From Octopus vulgaris (taxonomy: Eukaryota), in NCBI GenBank assembly GCA_951406725.2, contig OX597821.1, positions 44,640,001-44,704,000 on the forward strand: DNA of 64,000 nucleotides, given 5' to 3'. Below, in pieces: positions 28,155-41,962 of this stretch. The notes beneath the pieces were generated by a model that made no database searches, had not been told where the DNA came from, and worked only from the letters and a program-made list of their open reading frames with translations. Positions within the stretch are counted from its first letter, which is position 1. The number at the start of each line of letters is the position of its first letter. The translations under genes and the position numbers were made by a program.

Positions 28155-29196
28155 CAAGGTAAACAGCACATGACCTTGCAGGTGGGGCCCAGTTAGAATT
28201 TTATTCAGCTAAGTAGCCCATCCCACTCAAAAGGTCCCTGAATAAGGGTTGTTTAAGGATGTAGAATGAAACACCCATGTTCCCAGAGGTGAATTATTCT
28301 AACTCCAAAGAATTCATCTCAACACATGGCTATGATGCTCCCCCACTACTTCTGCTCATGATCAGAGAAGCACATATCGTCTGTCACTAAGGGACATGCT
28401 CAACTGGTTATGGTCAAACAAATGACAAGCAAATCTGTGGTATTGAACAGAATATTTGCCGTAGCCCATCTTTTATACCTAGATAAAAAAAAAATGTACA
28501 TGATATCACTTTCAATCAGTTAAGATCAGAAACCATGAAAGCCACTGCCTGGTACTGCATCAGGGCATTTATCCTCGTCGTCGTCGTGTTTATTGTCGTC
28601 ATCATCGTCGTCATTATTATTATTATTATTATTATTGAGTGAGCGAGCAGAGCATGCCATCAAAGTGACACTGGGGTAAAATATACGAAGCCCAGTATAC
28701 CCATCATGACTACCCGTCTGATAAGGGTACACCAGGCACATGCATCACAACCATATGTGCACAACATGGTGATCTCATATCAAGATAAACAGCACATGAC
28801 CTTGCAGGTGGAGCCCAGTTAGAATTTTATTCAGCTAAGTAGCCCATCCCACTCAAAAGGTCCCTGAATAAGGGTTGTTTAAGGACGTTGAACAAAACAC
28901 CCATGTTTCCAGAGGTGAATTATTCAAACCCCAAAGAATCCTTCTCAACACATGGCTATGATGTTCCCCCACTACTTCTGCTCGTGATCAGAGAAGCACA
29001 TATCGTCAGCCACTAAGGGACATGCTCAACTGGTTAAGGTCAAACAAATGACAAGCAAATCTGTGGTATTGAACAGAATATTTGCCGTAGCCCATCTTTT
29101 ATACCTAGACAAAAGAAAAATGTACATGATATCACTTTCAATCAGTTAAGATTAGAAACCATGAAAGCCACTGCCTGGTACTGCATCAGGGCATTC
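28155..29196. repeat. Two near-identical tandem copies of an interspersed element (about 415-bp overlap)
   Basis: 28155-28570 matches 28781-29196, from taaacagcacatgaccttgcaggtgg to gcctggtactgcatcagggcatt. The second copy extends left to about 28637. Trinucleotide tracts flank both. Confidence 0.9.
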
Positions 29197-29222
29197 ATCA
29201 TCATCATCATCATCACCATCAT

Positions 29223-29254
<32 letters not shown>

Positions 29255-29293
29255 TCATCATTATTATTATTATTTTTATTATTTTTATTTTAG

Positions 29294-29377
29294 GTCTGAT
29301 TTATGTTCTGGTGACCTAGAGACATGGATTATTTTGGGAGACACCAGCAGCAAATACCCCAGTTTACAGTGTAAGAA
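29294..29377 (+). CDS. BIVM: BIVM-family gene, coding exon 7
   Basis: Acceptor ttttag, donor gtaagt. Encodes ETWIILGDTSSKYPSLQCKK (cf. BIVM [20 protein letters not shown]). Confidence 0.93.
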
Positions 29378-30530
29378 GTAAGTAACTCATTATTTTTATA
29401 ATTTATCTTTGCAATGATTATTGTGTTAACATACACTACACACCGCTCAGTTTACCTTTTAATAAAAATACACTTATTCTCTACAGCCTCAATCTCATTC
29501 ATAAAACATAACATTTTATTTCCTCGATTACTTTTCTTTCCTAAAAGACTGCAATTTTACTATATCCATTCTTTGCTAAAATCTGACTTCTAAGATTTTT
29601 CAGCAGGCAATTAATTTGTCGTCATCTTTGAATGACATAAGACCAGGAAATAAAAAATATTTAATGCAGCTGACAGGGCCAAGACTGGAATAGATAGCGA
29701 TATAGAGATTTGAACAGGTCAAGAAATATGGAGTGATGTTGTGACTTTATGCAGCAACAATTTTAATTGTCATTTTTAACTGATATTGATTACAAGCCAT
29801 ATTAAAGGCTTTACATCACTTAAATCCTGGTTATTTTTCTTATGTTCTTATATAATAATAGTGTATGTTTAGGGTAAATAGAACTGGTTGGAGGTGAAAT
29901 TGGTGCAGATAATAGGTAATTGAAGCATAGTGTACAGCAGAAATCTATGAAGAGAAATGGAATTTGACAACTGCTTGTTTGCAAAAATGGCAAGGCTCAT
30001 CATGGTTTGAATTTAGGTAAAGACTGTTTGGAACTTTACCTTTTCAACTAAAGGCACAATTATTAATATAATTCATGGGAATATGACAAAACATTTTCAT
30101 TTCTAATTATTTATTGCAATAGAAAGAATTACAGAATTATTTAGTACCAATTAAAATTCATTTGATATTTTTTCAGATTCCAGAAATCTAATTTTTTCAT
30201 ATATTTACAAAATATGTTTGTCAGTTCTATCAGTTTGCTTTATTAAGAATTTATTCATGTGTAAATGTTGCTTATTTTTTCACATTCAATTTTACTATAT
30301 CCATTTATTGATTCTTAACTAGTAGAACTTTCCTGGAATTTGTCCCCTTGTGACTAGCTACTGATATAGCAACAGTCTTGTTCTTCCTCAATGTAACACT
30401 AAAGACAGCAGAATCAATAAACACTAGCCACATGATTCGCTATAATTCATAAAACCATTTTAATTTTTGAACATTTATGCAAGTTAATCAAAGTGTTTTG
30501 TGATGATGAATTTTTGTCATTTCTCTTTAG

Positions 30531-30951
30531 GTGGGACCACATTCTAACAGATCTCAACTGTAAAGCCCCAGACTTTCTTGATATTCGCAGACTGGAAAGA
30601 GGGATTCGTCAAAGAAAAAATCTACAGAAGCTTTTTGATAGCAATGACCATTGTATTCTAACATTCCAGAAGTGCCAAAATGACCAGGAAATGGTAGCTG
30701 AAGATGCAGATGATGACGATGACGATGATGATGATGGAGATGAAGAAGAAGAATATGATGAATCTCCACCACAAGAGATCATTGGTTTAAGTGATGATGA
30801 TGAAGAAGATGAGGAAGAAGATGAACAGTGCCTATTAACTACTACAAGACCTCCAAAAGAAAGTCAGGATGGTGACCGTTTAGAAAAAGAAGAAGAGGAA
30901 TTATTAGAAGGAGACATGGATGCAGATGAAGATTATGATAACATTCTCTGA
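30531..30951 (+). CDS. BIVM: BIVM-family gene, last coding exon (conserved domain end plus D/E-rich tail)
   Basis: Acceptor ctttag at 30530. Encodes WDHILTDLNCKAPDFLDIRRLERG...HCILTFQ (cf. [24 protein letters not shown]...HCIIAFQ). Stop TGA at 30949-30951. The joined CDS is 1854 nt, 617 aa. Confidence 0.95.
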
Positions 30952-31014
30952 AACCAATTCTCAATAAGTGACTGTAAATGCACCGTTCAACCGTCAGTGA
31001 CTTCCAGTGATTGG

Positions 31015-31020
31015 AATAAA
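31015..31020 (+). promoter_or_regulatory. Candidate proximal polyadenylation signal of the BIVM-like gene
   Basis: First AATAAA after the stop codon. Weak evidence in AT-rich DNA. Confidence 0.3.
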
Positions 31021-33026
31021 CTCCATCCTAATTTGTATGCAAGAACACCAATAAGGAAATGGTTCTTCTTGTATTCTTGTTGCAAGGATAATATTGTTTA
31101 CAATATTTTCTTTTTGAATTTTAGTTTGTATCAAAGCTTTTATTCCCCCAGCAATTATTATTTTTAAAAGAAAATTAAAGGAGAAATTATACTAATTTCT
31201 CAGCAAAAATTTATTTAAAAAAAAAAAGAAAATTTATAAAATGTATTTTATCTTTATCTTAGTGAAAAAAGAAACATTCTAAATTCATATTAATTAATTT
31301 TTTTATTAATTCTAAAATATTTAGTTTATTAATCTGTTTTTATTGCCTAAATAATTCTCTGATATGAAGATATCTTATTTCTAAACAGTTTCATTACATT
31401 TATTTTACGTAATTTCTGAAATACTGTAATTTTCATTGATATACATGAAGAAATTAATGATAACTTTTCTTCACTAAAATTCCCTGATATATTTTTCCCT
31501 GCAGTTAATTTAACTTTAAAATGGAAGTTGCAAGAATTTTTTTTGAAAAAAGACCAAAGAAAAAATTCTAATTGCATCAAAGAAAACATCATACAGAAAT
31601 GATGTTCTTGTAATGTCCTGTTAAAATATTACATATCGAAATTCCAAAAATGTCTTTTCACTAGAATAATTCTACATTTTCACCCTATTAACTTTACTTT
31701 GTTTCTGCATTCTACAATAAGTTTTTTTATTGGTCTAGTCTTTCAGCTAGGTGGCTTTTATTCTTTTACACACACACACACACATAGTTGTCCAATAAGT
31801 TTTCATGTCAGGGAAAAATAGAACAAGCACTCATATAGTAGGTTATAGCATGGGTATATTATATATATATATATATATATGAGAGAGAGGGGGAGAGGTA
31901 CATGTTCATCAGTATATTAGGTTCACTGAGAACCTTTATTTATTAACTCCTTAACATTTATGTTATGTTACAGTCCTTGTAAGAATATATAAATAAATTT
32001 TGCCTAAGGATACAAATGTATGTAAAAAATGGCTACCTGAAATTAATTTTCAAATCTAACAAATACTGTGGAGCTTGGAAACCTGACAATAAGGTGCTTA
32101 GTGCTTTGGAAACTACTTCTTTAGACCAGAATTAGTGATGAGAAATACTTAACATTATTTAGCATATATATAAAGTTAAAATCTGATCTTTGTTAAATAT
32201 AAATTCAATAATAACAAGTGTCAATACCCTGTGATGTTTTTATGTCAGAGATGATAATAATTTTTTTAAAGTTTGATATTGAGTGAAAGGTTAGATTTTA
32301 AAAAGATAAGTTTTACCTATTGTAATGCTAACAATATATTCCTGTGGTGTAAAAAATCTCTTATGATGAAGAAAGGGAATGCGAAATGTGTGTGAGAGAG
32401 AGAAATAGAGAGGGAGAGGTTCAAACAAATTCTGCTGACACATGTACATATATGTACACTATTTGGGCACACACATGTAGACAACAATTGGCTGTGTGTG
32501 TGACAGAGAATAGGGATATGTTTGTATGTGCACACAGTATTAGTGTCCATATGTATGTGTGAGGAAGGTACCATATGATGAAGCTAAAGTTAATAGGGAA
32601 AAATATAATAATTGTTAATCAAAAGAGAAGGCAAAATATGAGTGATGATGATTGGCAAGAATATTTTGCTCAAGCCAGAATGACAAAACAGGCTTGAAGG
32701 AAAAACATAACTAAGGGGAATAGACAAGAATTCCTGAGAATTCATCAAAGGATTGTGAAAGAAATCACAGGATGTTTTTACTGAGTGAGGAGATGTTTAT
32801 GACTGACTCTTTACTATAAATTAGGCCATAGAATTTCTACAGATAGTGCTAATCAATGTTAAATTAGAAAACCTTGTTCAATCATCATAAATAATGTTTC
32901 GTTTAAACAAAACAAACCTGACAGAAATGTTTGTTATATGCACAAGCTGACCACAGGCTCAATGGATTTTTAAAGGAAGATTGTTTTAGTAATCAACATA
33001 AATCTAGTAGTGAATGTCAAAAGCCA

Positions 33027-33052
33027 AATATATATATACATATATATATGTT

Positions 33053-33124
<72 letters not shown>

Positions 33125-33382
33125 TATATGTATATATATACATATATATATGTATATATATACATATATACATGTATATATATACATGTATATATGTATA
33201 TATATACATGTATATATGCATATATATACATATATATGTATATATATACATATATATGCATATATATATATACATGTATATATGCATATATATACATATA
33301 TATGTATATATATATATACATGTATATATATATGTATATATAAATGTATATGTATGTATATATATACATATATATATATATA
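33027..33382. repeat. Compound (TA)-rich microsatellite
   Basis: Directly visible. Similar tracts lie at about 21630-21855, 33925-34150 and 59703-59860. Confidence 0.95.
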
Positions 33383-34084
33383 CTACTAATGGAGGATGAA
33401 GTTTTTTTACAGAAAAAAAATTCCATCAAAAAAGTGACAGCATATTAAAATACCTTTAAAGGTTAAAATTATAAACAACTTAAAAACAAGGGCAAAATAA
33501 AATTATTTCTATGCCAATATGTTGATAACAGACTTTTAAATCGTCAATTTCCACATATTATTATACCCACTACAGAAGTATGTTGTGCTGAAATCGAGGA
33601 AAGCTAACCAACAGAATTTTTTTAAAAGTTCATTATTTCTATATTGAATCAATTTCGGAATTAATCTCATAATAGATTTTTTCCTCTTCAGTAGAAAATA
33701 CGAATAGAAATAAATGAAATACTTACATGCGCAACCAAAGGATTTTATATTTAGATATATCTGGGGTACTAATATGTACTCATGACTTTTGCTTCAGCTT
33801 TTTTTTTCCATGGGCACATGTAAGTATTTCATTTATTTCTATTCATATTTTCTACTGAAGAGGAAAAAATCTATTATGAGATTAATTCCGAAATTGATTC
33901 ATTATAGAATCATTATAGAACCATGTGTATATGCATGTATATATTTATTTATACATATATATATATATATACATGTATATATGTATATATATACCTGTAT
34001 ATATTTATTTATATATATATTTACATATATATGTATATACATGTGTGTGTGTATATATATATACATGTTTATAAATATATACAT

Positions 34085-34132
<48 letters not shown>

Positions 34133-34512
34133 CACATACATACATACATACACAGTTACTGTTATGCAGAAGTGTTGCAAATCCAATGTTACTTTTTCAG
34201 AAAACGAAAAAATAGTTTCACCTCTCCATAGAAAACGATTATACTACTCTTGGCATTTGAAGTGGCTGGATATATGATAGTTTGAGCAAAAGAACCAGCT
34301 ACTGCAAGCATAAATAAATTTTGAAAAAAATGCATTTGGCCAAATCTGCACATACTACAGGTTAACATACATGTGTGCACACACATACAGTATTCTAGAT
34401 AAAGATTACCTAGTAATAAAATCTCTGTAAGGGTATGCAATTTGAAGGGAGGTAAGTCACAGATCTTTATCTCCCTTTAATAACCTACCTCTGTTTCTAT
34501 CTCTCCCTCCCT

Positions 34513-34544
<32 letters not shown>

Positions 34545-35043
34545 CTCAACTGAGCAAAGTGAAATATCACTTAGCTTTCAATTAACAGCAAATTTTACAT
34601 TTTCAACTGCCAAATTATTCTTATTCTGCTTCATAATAAAATACTCATTGACTCTCATTATAATGCAAAATCATTTTACATTTAAAAAATAGACAAAAAA
34701 AAAGACAGCTTTAATAGTTGCAAGTATTTTGAGCCTTCCTATTTCAGTTAGGAGGGACAATAAATACAGAAATATTTTTATTTTAAAATCAGTTTTACAT
34801 TAGTTCCTAAATGAACTCCTATAAACTATGTTACCTTATCAAACATTTAAGCAAAGAATTAGCCAATGCTTTACTAACAACTATAATAATTTTAATTATG
34901 AAATGAAAAATAAAGTATATCTAGAACTTTTCTATTTTGATAAAAAGAAAAACATTGGTAGTCTTATCTGGTGTTCCTTAAATCAAACAAAAATAAAATG
35001 TGACTAAAATTAAAAGGTATTGTTTACTTACCATATATGTATG

Positions 35044-35080
<37 letters not shown>

Positions 35081-38000
35081 TTTTATTCTATGTAAAGTTG
35101 AGCATATTATGGCATTTGACATTCATGTCTTTCCACTTACTGATGTCTTACATGTTTAAAAAACCCCAGATTTCCAAAATTTAATGCTCCTATGTTGTTT
35201 GAAGAATCAAAAAAACATAGTATTTGATCAGTCCAGTTGCTTGCCATAGAAACAAAGATGTTTTGTGTTCACACTACTGTAAATGTAGTGAAACCAAACT
35301 ATTTATAATTAAAGGATCACTAACTAGGATTCAACTCCTAAAACCATTCTGGTAAAAATAATTGTTTGCTAAATATTTTAAATGAATATAAATTATATTT
35401 CTTAAAAATAATGTAATTTTTCTAGATAAAATTTTAATTTTCAAGAATAATCTATTGAATTTTTTTTTTTCTTGTACACAAACAAATAACACAGTCTTCA
35501 ATTACATTTTATTAAGTGACCGTTTCACACTTTCCTCAGGTGTAAACTTCAGTTTTTCATTCCTTATATGGCTGTCTTGTGCAGTCACATACATCTAGCC
35601 AGCTCACCTTGTTGATCAAAGCCAAGCCTTTTCTTTGTTCCTAATTTAGTCAAGTTTCATTTTCCCATCAACTCTACTTTCTACACCTACTTCTTGTCTA
35701 ATTATATCCAGCCACAATCTCTATTATATGCAAATGTTTGAAATTGCAGGATGCAATTTTAATAACATTTGTCCACTGTCTCATAACAGAAAGTTTCAGT
35801 AGGCTGGATTAATCTTGAAATACATTAACAGTTAATCCAGAATTAACTAACTCTTAATTGTTTTCGTTTTTTGTTTTAACCTTTAATTGTTGTAGACAAT
35901 CATCATGGTGTTATGCTGGATGTATTATTAGTCAAACGATATAATAACACAACCCAGCAGTGATTTAGTGTTACAAAGGGTCATTACTATTTGCCTTATA
36001 TTAATGGTAGTCCTTACCTGTTTGTTTGTTCCCCTTATATAAAGTAAATTGTGAAAGTAGATCTACTCAAAACCTTGGAATTGGTAATTCCATATCCACA
36101 AGTATCTGTGATTATATTTCCAACAATGTTCAGTCTTAAAGTGATGATGAGATCAAACACTATGGATGGCAATGCTAATAACTATCAAGATAATTACGAC
36201 CTACAATAAAAATCATTTATAGTCAGGGGTTGCTCTAGTTAACCAATAAAGCAAGCTCTACATCAGTCTTGCCAGTCTTGAGCATAGTGTTTCACAAATA
36301 TTCACTGACTGTCAGACAAATGGATGGACATTTACTAGCTGAATAATTATAATCTGAAGGCATCTTGGCCACACTATTCCACAGACATTGAACATCTCCT
36401 TATGTTTCTAGTGAGATAAGGTATTTGAATAAACTAAACTTTCACACTGCATTTGCCTGTGAACATTTATGTTCCACCAAATAAGTGAGAAGATACTTGT
36501 CTCTATTGCAGCAAGTATTGAGTGGACATCTTCCAATACAGAGTCTGTGTGACTTATTAATTCCATTGAAGTAGAGACTAAATATTCTCTACAAAAGTGC
36601 CAAGATCAGTCATCCAACCCCTTCACTACATAAGTCAATAATTTTCTGAACACAGGTGAGTTATGGTCTATTATTTTCCATTACATTATGGAGGGGAACA
36701 ACATACTCTCTTGAAGTGTTTTAAGGACTTAACTTTTCTCTAGGTCAATGTTTTACCTTGAATACTTGGTAAAATTTCTTCACAGTGTGAAGAGTAACTG
36801 TGAATTTTTTTAAATAAGCTATGTTTAGCACAGTATTTTTTTGAAGCATCAGTAATACCTGTGAACAAAACATGTTTGATTGACATCTGCAAATTTGATT
36901 TGATCAGAAAGACTATTATAAATTGTTCACTTCAATAACATAAGCTATTTGTGGAATGATCATGTGATTCATTAATCTGTTTTTCAGATAATAACAACAA
37001 ATTTATTGACACTAAATAGTTTGGATGCTGTTCTCTGTCTCTAATATTCTTCTGAGAAAACACACTATTGATGCACAAACTGATGAACACATAGATCACT
37101 TCCTCAATAATTTCACCCCCCCACACACACACACATTTTTACTATCAGCTGTTTAATAATCCACTGTTATTCTTCTGTCTTATTTTATGAAGAGTAGATG
37201 TGTTGGTGGAACTGATCTTTGTCTACATGAACTTCATTCCTTTTAATTCCAAGGGTAGCAATGTAGAATTTCACCTTAAAGAATCTTCCTGTTAGAATAT
37301 AAGGAGCCCTGACTTTCAGAGTTAGGTGATCTATTGTTTGGCAGACCCAGTGAGACTATGGGTCAATATATACTCTTGATGACTTCCCCTAAAGGGATGG
37401 CCAATCCATTTGAGTTTACTCTGCATCAGAGAGTGCTCTTGGTATACTCAAATTGCTAAAAAGAAACATTAACAAAATTTACTTGAGTTACAAAGAGTAC
37501 AATGGTTGTGAGTGTAATGACAAAACAATCTGTGTAACTTCTTGTGTGGACTGATCAATAATTAGTTAGCTAAGTTGATTGGTAAAAACATCATGATGTT
37601 AGTAATGATAGTGTCAGCTTCAGTAATATTTTTTATCTAGGCAACTCATGTTTACCAGCTTACAGTATTATTATTATTGGTTTAAAATTGTGGAAGTGGA
37701 TGGGATTCATATTTTAATCTCTTATCTGAAGTAAACTGTTAAAAATTAATTTTTTTGTTTTTTTTTATTTTGTTAAATTGTTCATTCATAATGTTGTTAC
37801 TGAATTTGGCACTTTAGTAAAATCATAATTTCAGCAAAAAGTTATTTCATTTCTTTCAACAGATTAACATCTTTTATTGCCTCAATGTGTTTTACTAAAG
37901 CTGATAAGTCTTTCCTTTTTATGCAATTATGGTTCTACCATTTGTAGAGCTTATTTTTTGTTTTTTGTCATAGGCTTTTGTATAGCCTTTGAAATGCAGA

Positions 38001-39489
38001 AATGGTTTCCCAGTAGAAACCAAGTGTTTGTATGGAAAAAAAATGCATTTATTTTGTCACTGAATTGAATTGCTTTCATTGAATGTCAGCATAATTTCAC
38101 ATATCCATGGACTCTTTCACTGTATGAGGTACAAATAAGCCTCTAGTAAACAGATTTGAGAACTGATTGTGATATTGTCCTGTGATACCTCATGATAGAG
38201 CTACATTTTAAAAATCCTTAATTAATTGCTACATTTTACTTGCTATATTTTGCAATTTGCTTCTCAGATGTATTGATGATGTGCCAATATTGAAAAGTTC
38301 TTGTACTCACTGTGATATATAAGAGAATGTGTTGGCATAGTTATATGCTAGCTGCAAGACAACCAACCACAATTGTTTTATGTCATACGTTCTAAGTGGT
38401 TAATGTAAAAAGAAAACCCCCAGAGATATATAATTGTTGAAACCAGTTGAAAAAAAATTAAACACAAAAATAGATGTATATCTTAATATTAAAAGAAACT
38501 GGATTGTAAATACTGTACTTTATTGAAGACATAAAGTGGAGTATCAATGGATTGTAAATAAATTTCGAAATTATATGTTGAAAAAAACAATTTAGGAAAT
38601 GTGATTTAAAAGATTTTAATCTTTTTGTATAATTGAAGCATTTCAAATTGTCTTCAATTATTTGCTTAATTTTTTTTTTATTTGTTGTATATGAGTCCCA
38701 GCTGGGCAGTTGACAATTTATACATCTTCATCATCAACTGAATTGTATCCATAAGTAACCCACTTCACTGTGACATGGCTATGTAAATAGGCACCTTAGG
38801 CAGTGAAGAGGACCAGTAAGCAGCAGGAGCACTGTAATAATTAACAGGTGTTTATATTGCTCAATAAGTACTTTGGAATTGGCTCCATCAAGTTGTGTTG
38901 TCCTTTATCAGTTACATGAGGACAAAGTCTTCACTATGGTGCAATGCATGAGAGGGCTGTCACAATTATTGTTCACTATTACTGTATCGGACTTCTTTTT
39001 TTTTTAAATTTAACTTATATCTGACTTTTAGTCTGTTTGTCTTCTTTACTTTTCTTAATAAAACAAATTCTTCAATCCACTTTGTTTTCTTCCATTTATA
39101 TTTGTTCTTCTGGTTTGTATTGAATAACATTTGTCATTTCTAAAAACTTTTCAAAATATAATTGATTGGCTTATATTCATAATCTAGTCTAGTTATTCTC
39201 TATATTAGAAATACACTGAATTGATCTATAGTGCAAATTCTTCACATTGTGTAAGTGTTTATTCATGTTGTATTATTAATATGTTAATATATAAGTATAT
39301 ATTTTCATATGATAAATGTAAATTTTATATATATTGTATTTTGTAAAATGATGGTATATGTTTTGTGACTGGCTGGAAAAGGAAGATCAGGAAGCTGCTA
39401 GGTCTCTCAGTAATATGTTAAAGCAGTACCAGGTGATCCCCCGCCACACACATGCGCATGCACACACACATACACCTCTATTGAGTGGG

Positions 39490-40960
39490 GGGAAGCCTCA
39501 TGACATGGAAAACAACTGGAAATTTCTTGAGGAGTCATTAATCAGATCTGTGGATGGACCATGTTTTCAACAATGCAGAAAGTGAGATGTTAGTGAAATC
39601 ATATGGTAGAAATGTGTCTAGCAAGGAGAGAACCTGAATGTAAGAAATTTACCCATGTTCTATTCTGTGAGGACCAGAAACATGAAATATTCCACATGGC
39701 AAAATCAGTGTGGATCAGAAAATAACCCGTGAACAATGTGTATGGAATGATTGCAGAATGCTCAGCTTCCCAGAGCCAAGAAGACTGATATGAAAATGTC
39801 ACTATGTGTCATGGGCGAGAGAGGGGTAAACTCAACTGAGTAAACCTACCTGTGAAACCTGCTATAAAGGCTGACAGATGGTTGAAAGTGGTTATGAAGG
39901 AGATGAAGTCAAGGAAAGCAGCAGGACCATCAGCATTAATTGCCAAGATACTGAAAATCTATGGCAAAGTAGGATATGTATGAGTCACTTGTATTATCAA
40001 GTAGATAAAGTAGGAAGTGAAAGGTAGACTGTATGAGGCATGTGTGCGAACTGCCATGCTACACTGCAGTGAAACATAGGCTGTAACTGCTGAGGACATG
40101 CGTAAGCTTGCAAGAAATGAAGCTGGTATGCTTTGCTGGATGTGTAATGTCAGTGTGTATACATGACAGAGTGTAAGCACTCTGAGAGAAACGTTGGACA
40201 TAAGAAGCATCAAGTGTGGTGTGCAAGAGAGACAACTGTGCTACTATGGTCATGTGTTGCATATGAATGAGGACAGCTGTGTCAAAAAGTGTCACACCCT
40301 AACAGTGGCGGGAACCTATGGAAGAGGTATACCCAGGAAGACCTAGGATGAGGTGGTGAAGCACAACCTTTGAACTTTGGGCCTCACAGAGGCAATGACA
40401 AATGACCAAGACCTTTGGAAATAGGCTGTGCTTGAGAAGATCCAGCAAGCCAAGTGAACATAACTGTTGTCTATGCCAGTGCCACATAACTGGCTCTAAG
40501 AGTACCCTTCAATCATTGGGCAATGTATTGTGCTTGAGAAGACCTGTTGAGTCAAGTGAAATCATTGGTGTGGCTAATGCCTGACTGGTACCCATGCCAG
40601 TGGTATGTAAAATGCACCATACGAACATGGTCAATGCCAGCAGCACGTAAAAAGCACCATTTGAGTGTGGTTGTTACCAGTGCCACCTGACTGGCTCCTG
40701 TGCCAGTGACATGTAAAAAGCACCATTCAAGCGTGATCAGTGCCAATACCACCTGACTGGCCCCTGTGCTGGTGAAATGTAAAAAGCACCCACTACACTT
40801 TCAGAGTGGTTGTCATTAGGAAGGGTATCCAACTGTAGAAATCTTGCCAGATCAGATTGGAGCCTGGTGCAGCCTCCTGGCTTGCCAGTCCTCAGTCAAA
40901 CTGTCCAACCCATGCCAGCATGGAAAGTGGATGTTAAACTATGATGATGATGATGATGAT
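39490..40960 (+). mobile_element. Degenerate, internally deleted RTE LINE copy
   Basis: Blocks are collinear with the intact RTE (e.g. gcatgtgtgcgaactgccatgct, gatgaggtggtgaagcac). It has the shared 3' UTR and (GAT)n tail. Confidence 0.85.
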
Positions 40961-41962
40961 GTAACAGTCTTATCATCAACTGGTACAAGGACAAAGAAAT
41001 TGCTTTAAAAAAGAAGTAATTTTGGACATCAAATTGCTGGACCATATCCTGAATGTTTAGATAGGCCAAGCTGTGCCAAGAGAATGTACAACTGATGCCT
41101 TCTTTTTAACAGTACAGCTACAGAAGTTCTTTGCTGAGGGCTGACTACTATATCTAGCAGTCTTTGACAGGATACCACACTCTATAATAAATAGCTGCTA
41201 ATAAAAATAGATGGGGGCTGAGCAAGCGAAGTGAGAGTTGGTTACAAGTTCAGTGAGAAATTTAGCATGTAGAGAGATATCCATTAGCACTTGAGTTTCT
41301 GCCCCTCATACATATTATGGTTCTCCAGGCTATCACAAAAGAAGTTCAAGTCTGGCTGAATGCCTTTATGCTGGCAATCTAGTTCTCATAGCTGAATATG
41401 TCTGATATTTAGAGAAGAATTTTTAATTATAGAACCAGGGCCTAGAATCAAAAGGTCTAGTAAACCTAGCAAAGTCTAAAGTGTTAAGAGGTGAGAAAAG
41501 TAAACACCTTCTGGTAAGTTGCCACATTCAATATTCAGAAAAGGAATAGGCTGGAATTCTACTCTGCGTGTACCTAATGTAAAAACTATAATGAGCAACT
41601 ATTTAGCATTGATAAGTTTTCATATGCTGGATACTTTTCCTTAAAGGTCTAAAAAAGTGCGAAATGTAATGAAAAACGATATTTATTAAGCATATATTGA
41701 CCTAGAAGTGAATTTAAACAAAGTAGAATTCAAAGAAACTTAACTACAGAATGGTCATAAGCATCAACCTAGTGCTTAATCTAGGCCCAGCTCTCTTGCT
41801 TCATTATAATTTTCTTATAATAAACATTTATGACTAGCCATGCTGTTGTAGCCTAAATTAGAAGCCACATACACTTCTGTCACTCCAGGGTCTTTTACAT
41901 TCTTTACTTGCATAAATAATTGCAATTTTTCGTTTTTAGAGATTTCTATCACCCTTTTTAAA

